Of a stretch of DNA of 64,000 nt, positions 55,235 through 64,000 are shown one piece after another; within the stretch, counting starts at the first letter, position 1; each line of letters starts with the position of its first letter. The position numbers and the translations under genes are program-made. The notes beneath the pieces are model-generated. The model was not told the DNA's origin, did no database searches, and was given only the letters and a program-made list of their open reading frames with translations. This DNA comes from Camelus ferus (taxonomy: Eukaryota). Where the stretch lies: the NCBI RefSeq assembly GCF_009834535.1, contig NC_045697.1:98768001-98832000 (forward strand), given 5' to 3'.

Positions 55235-56189
55235 GTGATGTTGGGCAAATGACTCTTTACCTCTGGTGTTTGCATTTGTAAAATTATGAAATTGGTCTAT
55301 AAGACCCCTAAGGTCCTTTCCAGTTCTACTGGCTAGGACCCCAAATTGACAGAAGTTAATAGTTACTGTTATATCTAGCTTTTCAATGAATTTGGATTAA
55401 ATACTTATTCTGTAATAATGTAACTCTGAATTTATGTTCAGAAGTGACTTCTAAAGATATCTGGGCCATGAATCTCCCAGAAAAGTATTGACCAGAGCCC
55501 ACAACACACACAAAACCATTTATAAAACAATGAAACTTTCTACTTAAACATCAGAATGGGGATACAAATAATGAATTGTTAAATGTGTGGTACACTAAGT
55601 GTTCAAATTATAAGTTACTGAAGTGGCATGTAAGTTCTAACTGATTCACAAGAAAGGGTTTTGGTGAGGAATAAAGTGTTTCTAAATTTGTATCTATTAA
55701 CTCTCACCAACCCTGCCTCCTCATTTTAAAAAATAGTCGGGAGTTTGCTATTAATTGGATGAAAGTCATATTAGCAAAAAGGGCCTACAAACTTTGTGTT
55801 GCCATAACTGGTGTAAAAACAGTCACCCAAATGAAAATCATTCAGACTCAAGGAAATGAAGTCAGAAGAAACTCTGGTAATAAGATTCATCTTTACTTTC
55901 TCCTCTAGAAGAAAACAGTATTTGAGCTTTTTTGTATTTTGAATAATAGAATAGGAATAGTTCTATCACCCTGCACACTACAGAATAAGTGTTCCAATTA
56001 GAAACTAAAAGTTGATGTAGAGTAAATCCTTCAGCAGTGATTTTTAAATCTATCTTAATAAGTTTTCTTACCAATGTATCCTTAATTACCACTGACCCTA
56101 TCACCAGATGGTTCCTTCCACATTAAAATACTTCTAATAATGTACCTTAGAATTAATACTCTACACATTGTCACCATATATATAATCTG

Positions 56190-56335
56190 AAGAATACAGA
56201 AAGTTTTCAAAAATTTAATTATTTAAAACACAAATGCTGACAACATATATCCACATATAACTCTTTCTCTCATGTTTACAACTCAACAGATTGATGAATC
56301 CAGAGGAACTGCTATAATCCCTATATGGAACATAC
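56190..56335 (-). other. NDUFC1: NDUFC1 terminal non-coding (3'UTR) exon with ATTAAA poly(A) signal at 56214-56219
   Basis: Strong acceptor CTCTCTCTGTTTTGTAG|; resembles the recalled human NDUFC1 3'UTR; 3' end approximate. Confidence 0.8.
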
Positions 56336-57343
56336 CTACAAAACAGAGAGAGAGAAAAAAGAAAACTATAGCATTAACCAGCAGAAATAATACTAAAATT
56401 AGACCACTGTAAATAATTCACCTTAGAGAATCAGATGAAGTCTAGAAAACAAGTCCACAAAGAATATCAACCCCTCATTTACTTAAGTTTTAGGGGAAAA
56501 AAAATTATCTGAACTACAGGTATAGCCAAAGCATCTGTTTTCTCTTAAATACCTATTTTATTTTTATCTCTTGATTGGCTGATTGTAGTAGTGAAATGGG
56601 CAAGGTGATAATGATAGAAAAAAAAGGTACATCAGTGATTACTATTTTATTATCCAACAGATATAAGTTACCTACTTTAATCAGCATAATCCATGAAAGT
56701 TGAGATTTGTAACAGTGAGTTTTTCATTTTAGAAAAAGATTAATACAGGATTTCTTTAAAAGGGTTCTTCAGAAATATGGCACACATATTCATATGAAAT
56801 AAACTCACTCTCTGTTTCAAGTCACAGACCATGCAGTGTATGATATCTTGTTCACAGCTAGGTTTTACCAGGAATTGTCCAAAGGGGTGTTAGTTGTAGT
56901 GACAATCATAATGAAATGGTCATGCAGTAAAAACTTAACAACTGAATGCCCTGTCCTCATGGACTTTATGATCAAGTGTGGTATATGACAAAACAGTTAT
57001 TAAGAAATACATACACAAACAGTGATATCTTGTCCTAACTATGAAGGCACTGTGTACAGCACTGTTAGATTTAGGAAAATAGTATGATTTTGATTTCATT
57101 CTAAAAGACAACTTTCTTTGAACACAGTCAAAGCATAATGACTAAAAATGATTATGCTAAGAGATCCTTGAGCCAGGGCATTAAAAATTCATAAATTTGT
57201 CACAGACAGGAGTATAGGTGCTAAAAAGTATACACTTAATGAAAAAACAACCAAAACACATTATTTAAAAAAAGGTCAAATTAACTTGCATAATCTATTC
57301 ATTCTATAAAACTGCATACTTACTGTATCAATATTTCAAAAGT

Positions 57344-57403
57344 TTATTCCAACCCATTTCTTCTTTTATACTCTAAAACATCTTCATTATGTTGTTTGAT
57401 GAG
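57344..57403 (-). CDS. NDUFC1: NDUFC1 third coding exon: LIKQHNEDVLEYKRRNGLE-stop; total 231 nt = 76 aa; exon continues 20 nt of UTR to 57324
   Basis: Acceptor CTTCTAG|, TAA at 57346-57344, donor CA|GTAAGT after 57324. Confidence 0.97.
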   Translation of the reverse strand, partial: LIKQHNEDVLEYKRRNGLE

Positions 57404-58043
57404 CTAGAAGTAGGTAAGAGTTAAAATTAGAAATGCAATCTTCCTGGCAACTTAGAGAGGAGAAGACTGACTAATATTTAACATTTTGCAAGAGGAATAA
57501 GGGTAGATTGAAAGAATTACAACTATACTAGTTAGAAATAAAAGGCTAAGGGATACAAAAGTCCCCAAACTGCTAATGATACATACTTGTTCACCACAAT
57601 CTGACACACTAAATTTGAGAGGGCAACCCTTAAAAGTTCAAATTCAACTTCTGCAAATTACTCCATTCAGAGGCTAATTAATGGAATGGAATGCCTCACC
57701 ACAGAGGGGCTAAACCAATACAGTAAAGTAGAACTTGATTATTAAATGGGGTTGGGTTTTGTGTATTATACTTCTAACATAGGAAGTCTGATACTGTGAA
57801 TGAATGACCAACCACATCCTCCAACTGTATATATTAATTAGACCTCAAGGAGGACAGCCACTTTCTTAGACCCACTATCTGACAGAACATGCAGCTAGAA
57901 CAATGGCTGATATATGGTCACATTTGTTGCAATCAAAGATCCAGTATCAAGTCAGAGCTCTCAGCAACAAGCTTCTTTTTAAGAAAATTTTAAGAACATA
58001 TAAAATTTCATTATAACAAACATTATTGAAAAAGGATTAGTTA

Positions 58044-58194
58044 GGGAACTATATTCAATTATCTTGTAATAAACTATAATGGAAAATAATCGGAAAAGAA
58101 AAGAATATGGATATATACATATATATGTATAACTGAATCATTTTGCTGTACACCTGAAACTGACACAATTCTGTAAATCAATGATACTTAAAAA
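58044..58194 (+). mobile_element. 5'-truncated L1 3' end in an NDUFC1 intron
   Basis: TSD AAAAAG(G/A)ATTAGTTA; ACTGAATCATTTTGCTGTACACCTGAAACT motif. Confidence 0.88.
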
Positions 58195-58285
58195 AAAAAG
58201 AATTAGTTACTGTTGTTAAGTTGTAAGTGTAAATCTCTTACTCCTTCCCATGTCAAAGAGCTGAACCACTTTAATGAAAAAATTC

Positions 58286-58412
58286 GGGGAGAGGGTATAG
58301 TTCAGTGGTAGAATGTGTGCCTAGTATGCACAAGGTCCTGGGTTCAATCCCCAGTACTCTATTAAAATAGATAAAAACCGAATTATCTCTCCCCCCTCAA
58401 AAGAATAAAAAA
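58286..58412 (+). mobile_element. Vic-1-type SINE
   Basis: GAGGGTATAGTTCAGTGGTAG...GGGTTCAATCCCCAGTAC. Confidence 0.9.
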
Positions 58413-59018
58413 TACATTCAACAAAATTTTTTAATCAAAAACAGGAGATCTAAGAGTTGGAGGTGGGCAGCAGTGGAGGAAGCTCTAAATCTATTAGCTA
58501 CAAAACAAAAAAATTAAATACTAATGTAGCACAGATACTCTGAGTCAACTTTTAAAAAATTTAACTATAGAGAGACAGTATTTCACAATGGTCTACAGTG
58601 TAGCTCTGAAGTCAGGGAGAACTGGGTTCAGCAAATTAATTTCCCCAATGTTTTCTTCATCTGTAAAAGGCAACAATAATAGTACTACCACATAGTACTC
58701 TGAAACAGATTAAAGCCTTTGCCTACTATAAACAAAGACCAAAAGAAAAGAAAAAGGTTGCTACACACTAAATACAATTAACAATGTATTTACAGAAACA
58801 TTGATCAAAATCTTACATTTTGTAAGCCTAATGGGATTTAATTTATATAGCTGTTCATTTATGGTCTGTCCCTATGTCATCTGAAAAAAGTGCCTTCATA
58901 AAACGCCAACCTGCCTCCATCCTTTTTAAGAAATAAAGGATAATTAATATGTAGTAAAACTTCCATTCATGACAAAACAATGCAAAGCAACGATAATTTT
59001 CAGCCTCAACATTTTCTT

Positions 59019-59183
59019 TTTTAAATTTTTTATTTATTTAATATGTAATTTATTGTTTAATTTTTTTTTTTTTTTTTTTGGTGGGAGGGTAATTAGGTTT
59101 ATTTTTAGAGGACGTACTGGGGGCTGAACCCAGGACCTCGTGCATGCGCATGCACTCTACCACTTGAGCTATAACTTCCCCCC
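59019..59183 (-). mobile_element. Vic-1-type SINE (AGCTCAAGTGG variant)
   Basis: TSD ACATTTTCTT. Confidence 0.9.
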
Positions 59184-59369
59184 ACATTTTCTTGATGCCC
59201 CTGAAATCTTAACATGTTTTAGTCCTTGGGATTTTCCCCATGGAGAAATATATAATTAGTAGTTAAATGAATATCCTATTGTATGGGAGATTTGCTCAGC
59301 AATACTCCATCTCACATTGATATTTGTCCTCTCCACTGTGTTGAATCGACATAGGGAGTAAATACTTAC

Positions 59370-59473
59370 ATAGATCCACAAGAAACCCGAGGTGCCCAAG
59401 GTCAGTCCAACTTTCAGCCAGTCAGGTTTGCCATGTGGCGGTTCCCGAATGTAGAACTTTGATCTCGATGGAG
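59370..59473 (-). CDS. NDUFC1: NDUFC1 second coding exon (104 nt): (S)[34 protein letters not shown]
   Basis: Acceptor GTTTCAG|, donor TAT|GTAAGT; contains the diagnostic KFYI mature N-terminus and TM helix. Confidence 0.97.
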
Positions 59474-59559
59474 CTGAAACGGGACAGAAAGAGGCTGTAA
59501 ATCTGTAACTTATCGCCTTGTAGTAATAAAGCTGACATTTACACGTGTATTATCGCATT

Positions 59560-60230
59560 TAATTCCCCCTTCGACCTCCTCACTTTAAACAGCCACGGAA
59601 AGAGAGGTTCAGAGAGGTCAAGTAACTCAACCAGGGCCACCGGCAGGGCCAGATCGGTGGCCCCTTTCGTCCAAGACACCTTCAAAGCCTCATATTGTGG
59701 CTTTGGCGGACCCTCAGGCAACTTGGGAGTGGGCGGATAGCAATCGCCCCGGCATCGGCAGGAATCAAAGTCCATTCGCAGAGACCAAGAGGGGTCGGGT
59801 GGCACTGGGAGAAGGATGGACAGCCGGTGATGCGGAGTCGAGACTCAGGGGTCGAGGCGGGCGTAGGCTCCGGGCCGCGGGCCGCCGAAGGTCACTGCAG
59901 GACGAGCCCGGCCCGCGAGCCGCCTCCTGCCCCCGCGGGCTGGCTTCGCCCTGGGAGCGGCAGGATGGAAGGTCGGGATGGCCTGCTCAAGGAGGGACAC
60001 TTACAGCCGTTCTGGAGCCTGACCGGGGCCAGCAGCTTCGAGAAGGACCGCAACAACGCGGACAGCGCCATCTTGCTGGGCAGGGCTCCGCCTCCCACAG
60101 CCCGGCCGCTCCAGGGGTTGGCGCCGGGCCGAGCGCCCCCTGGCGGGCAGAGTTGCGGAATTCCAGGCTCTAAGGCTGCGCTGGGTTGGGGGTGTTAACT
60201 TCAAGAATCGCAGTTACCATCGAGTACAAT
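59560..60230. promoter_or_regulatory. NDUFC1: NDUFC1 CpG island with a YY1 motif over the start codon and a CTCF-type motif
   Basis: High CpG density; CAAGATGGCG (minus, 60066-60075); CCGCCAGGGGGCGC (minus, 60133-60146). Confidence 0.85.
60005..60071 (-). CDS. NDUFC1: NDUFC1 first coding exon (67 nt): MALSALLRSFSKLLAPVRLQNG, mitochondrial presequence
   Basis: AAG ATG G Kozak context; donor T|GTAAGT; matches the complex I KFYI subunit precursor. Confidence 0.95.
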
Positions 60231-61900
60231 AGCTCCCCTGGTCCCAGCCCTCAGTGTGCAAAAGTGGGGTTAGGAAGGTGATGATTAAAAGAGGGGAAAA
60301 AGATTTGTTTAGCCACATCTCTGTACTCTGAGAGGTTTATTTCAGATCCCTACCCTAGGGACACTCAGAGAGATTTACCAAAATCTTCCTGCGTGAGCGG
60401 GAAAACTGAAGTGTCGTGTTGAATACTAGCATTTTGACTGAATTTTGTATTCCAGGGACTGTGCATTAAAGCACCAGATAATTTACATGCATTGTCTCAT
60501 TTCACCTTCACTACAACCGCATGGCATGCTGTGCTTATTATTCTTAGTTTATAGATGAAGCTCAAAGAAGACAAGTTATTCATTAAAGTTGACACATACC
60601 TTGTATTTGAAAAGCCCTCCTACAGCTTCCAAAGTCAGTCTGTTTATACGCACTAGCATAGTAAAGCCTCACAACCCCATGAAGAAAAGAGAATCCTCGT
60701 ATTTCAAAAGTGCCCCGAATGGCTCAAGATCACATAGATGGAGATGTTGCGACTTGGATTGAGGTCTTCCGACTCCAGACCTAGTGACCTTCATCAGCCC
60801 ACATAACAGGCTTAGACAGTCCCCTGAGGCCATGAGCTCCAGAGCTGTCTCCAAGTACCAAGTTCAAAGCGCCATTCCTACTCACCTCTTTTTAACTATA
60901 TGATTTTTAGGCAAATTATTTAACCTTTTTATTCCTCAGTTTTATATCGGTAACGGAAAACCTTTCCTACAGGGTCGCTGGAAACCTTGGGACGTGTCTG
61001 GTAGTTGCAAACAACTTGTTTTCGCCTATCTCTTTGATACTTATTGTACTGACCAACAGGTTTTATCTTCCACATTTGAGAAATTTTTTGTGTATTTAAT
61101 TCTCAATTCAATCTGATGTCTAAAGACTGCAAAAATAGATACAGGTAAAAGAGGTAATACATTTTTATACTTTAATCCTTTAAACCTAATGCTATTTAGG
61201 TTCATTTTAAGAGTAAAATAAATATTAGCAAATCTCTTTTTCCTTCTATATTTTCTGTAGCAATGTTATTGAAAAAAATGTTCAACCAAAAGTTACTGAC
61301 CAAAGAGTAAAATAATTGTACTACGTTTTCTGGTTCACTTTTACATGCAACTGATGGTTAAATACATTGCTAAACTGTAAGTCACTTTATAGTTTGTAAC
61401 CTAGTTTGAGCCTTCTGGATGCATGCTCAAGTAAGCAAAGCACCCAACTAACATGCTGAGTCAGTTGCTGGTTCTCATCTTCTTGGCTTCTTGTCCACTC
61501 AGCAACCTGTCAGTTGTATATCCTTTCTACACCATCCCTTGGAAGCTTGTCCTGACACAGCTTTTGCTAGTATCCAGCAAGTTGGAACAGAAGCTACATT
61601 TAGTCAGAGCATACAGAGCCAGTAGGAAAGTTACTAATTTCAATACTGCTTTTGGAAAAGGCTGTTTTGTTCTTTTGCCCCTCTGTATGCTTTTACTAGT
61701 GTATATTTTGGGAAAGTGATGAAGTATAAGCACATTTCTCTCAGCATTTTAGAGCTGATGGAACCCTACACTTGGAGTAGGCAGCTGTAGATGAAACTCC
61801 ATCTTGAAAAGAATCCTGATGAAGCAATTCCAGCCAGGAGCTAATAGCTATGATATTTTGGTGGAAGTTGCTACATGACATTCATTTAAGCATCTCCTGA

Positions 61901-62145
61901 ATTTGACTGCTAAAACCTAATTTACGACCCAAGCAAAGTGGGGAAGGATTTGAATTAGCAGCTAGAAAACCAAATTTTATTCCCAGATTTTTCCACTGGG
62001 AAACATCTTACTCAAGTCACACCTCCCAGGGAGGGTTAAAGAAGAGTGAGAGTTGAAAACAGTATAAAGTGTAAAAGTAGTTCCTACATGTTTATTGATT
62101 TGTGATGCATGAGAATCCTACACATCAAATTAAGGATCTGGAGAG
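61901..62145 (+). repeat. Copy 1 of a diverged local direct duplication
   Basis: Colinear matching blocks with 63233-63541. Confidence 0.8.
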
Positions 62146-62448
62146 GGATGGATTTATCTGCAAGTTTTCATTAAAAAAAAAAAAAAAGAAGAAGCAATCA
62201 CAAAATGTTAGCATTTTGTAAGTGTGGTGGCAAATACATAGATTTCTTTTATGTTTATTTCTATAAAATTTAAATGCGTAAAGATGTAAAAGTGTCAATA
62301 GAGAACATCTTACATATATGAAGGTGGAGGAATTTTATTCTACATATCCCTTTTGTAGAATTAAAGTTTGCAAAGTTATTTATTTATTTATGGTTAATTT
62401 ATCACAATAGTGATATGCAAATACATGGAGGGTAAGATGAATGAGCTA

Positions 62449-62508
62449 ACCACCACCACCACCACCACCACCACCACCACCACCATCATCATCATCATTA
62501 TCATCATC
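62449..62508. repeat. Compound (ACC)12(ATC)n microsatellite
   Basis: Direct count. Confidence 0.93.
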
Positions 62509-63232
62509 TGGCCTTGGATACATTAACTCCCTGCATAGCTGTCATTCAAAGCATAATCAGTTAAATGGGATTTCTATTTGTCAAATAGTGGTGATCTATC
62601 CTCCCAGATATTTTATTGTTGAGTTCAGGTTATCAAGTCACTGACTGTGTGGTCCAACTGCTATCTGTAGGTGCATTTTAACTAGGATATGACTCAAATA
62701 AATGTTGAATAAGTATATTCACTGAGTCATAAAAATTGCTATTTGTTTGTTACCAGCCAAAAAGAACATATATTTGCCAAATTGTTTGCTGGCTCATCTA
62801 TTCATTTACTCATCTTCTGGTGGAAACTATTGTTCGTTTCAAAGACTAGAAATTTTCTTCCCCAAGGTGAAAATAGACTATTATTTACAGGAGAAATTTA
62901 GAAAACCATAGGAAATAATATTGCTCTAGGGATATAATTTTGCTTTTGGATATAAAGCTAGAGATTTGGAAACCCAAGTTAGTAGCTAAGCTAAAATTAT
63001 CACCTTAAATTGGACATTTTTCTACCTTTTAGTAGTTTAGAGAGTTGAAAGACCTGTTGGGGACAGTGAAGTTGGAAGGTTATCACTAAATAACAACCGT
63101 TTTTATGAATTCTGAATTTTATCTTATTTTTTAAAAAAGCCATATTCCAAAACTCACACACGGTTTCTGGTAGATACACTTTTCTGAATGAAACTTTTGA
63201 AGATAGATCACAGAATTTGAGGAAATTCCAGG

Positions 63233-63541
63233 ATTTGACTGTTAAAACCTTATTTATGATCCAGGCAAAAGGAGAGAGCATTCGAGATAGCAGCTAGAAA
63301 ACCCACACATTAGTCTCAGATTTTTACACTGGCAAACATCTTACTCAACTCACACTTTCCATAGAGGATTAAAGAAGAGCAAGCTGAAAACAGTAAAAAA
63401 AACAAAAAACAAAAAACAAAAAACAGAAACACCCCAAAAACCTCTTTAAATATGATTAAAAGAGCAAAGCTACTGCACTTATTATTTAATGATTCATGAT
63501 GCAAAGAATGCTACTACTGATCGGATTCAGGATCTGGAGAG
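63233..63541 (+). repeat. Copy 2 of a diverged local direct duplication, with an A-rich expansion
   Basis: Colinear matching blocks with 61901-62145. Confidence 0.8.
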
Positions 63542-64000
63542 AGAATCAAAAACAATCAAGGGTGAAAATAGCTCATATGATGTGAAAATTTGTAGTCATC
63601 AATAGAATGCCACATTTTAAATGGCTTTACTGTCGATTGCTAATGAAATGACTTGGAAGAGGCACTATTCAATATCCAGTCTGACCTTGCTTACTGAAGC
63701 AGTTTTCTAGTATTCTTGCCAGATACTCTTCGGCTTCCTAAGATGTGAAGATTTCTAGTGACGGGGAGTCAGTGACCTTGAATTCTCCACTACCCCAAGG
63801 TGACTCATACAGTCCTCAACCCTGCATTGTGTGAACTCAGTGATAAAATAAAAACACTCTTTAACCTTCAGATGATTCTCTGACAGTGCAAACATGGCAC
63901 TTCGGATCTGGCTGACTACTTTTCCAGGCCTTAAAGTAATAAACTAAATCACCGATACCCCAGCTAGATCCATTTAATTGGTTAACTATTTCACGCTTTT

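Noticed and set aside
59695..60198. Two overlapping plus-strand ORFs (167 and 158 aa) antisense to NDUFC1
   Set aside because: Non-ATG starts and stop-codon depletion expected in a GC-rich island; low-complexity G/R/P/A products
60870..60900. Strong minus-strand donor GAG|GTGAGT as a candidate NDUFC1 5'UTR exon end
   Set aside because: No convincing partner acceptor, and it borders MIR-like sequence; cannot be supported without transcript data

Overview
Mammalian genomic DNA, very probably a camelid (alpaca, llama or camel). The basis is 16 copies of a tRNA-Ala-derived SINE matching the camelid Vic-1 type, plus artiodactyl-type L1 3' ends. Two complete spliced nuclear genes for mitochondrial proteins lie in tandem on the minus strand. 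NDUFC1 has 3 coding exons (60071->57344, 76 aa) and a non-coding last exon ending near 56190. MGARP has 4 coding exons (49605->39156, 254 aa) with a poly(A) signal at 38791-38796. All introns were checked by hand for GT-AG boundaries and frame. Positions 1-38.7 kb contain no gene I can support and are mostly interspersed repeats (SINE, L1, L2, MIR, ERV1/ERVL/MaLR LTRs, hAT DNA transposons). Repeat family names come from recalled consensus sequences, not from a search. I found no clearly novel biological system. The best leads are: (i) matching exon phases in NDUFC1 and MGARP that would allow in-frame read-through chimeras; (ii) an apparent slippage insertion and stop-codon loss in MGARP; (iii) a retrocopied mRNA 3' end; (iv) an LTR-like polyadenylated fragment apparently inserted by L1 machinery; (v) an old ~250-bp duplication upstream of NDUFC1.
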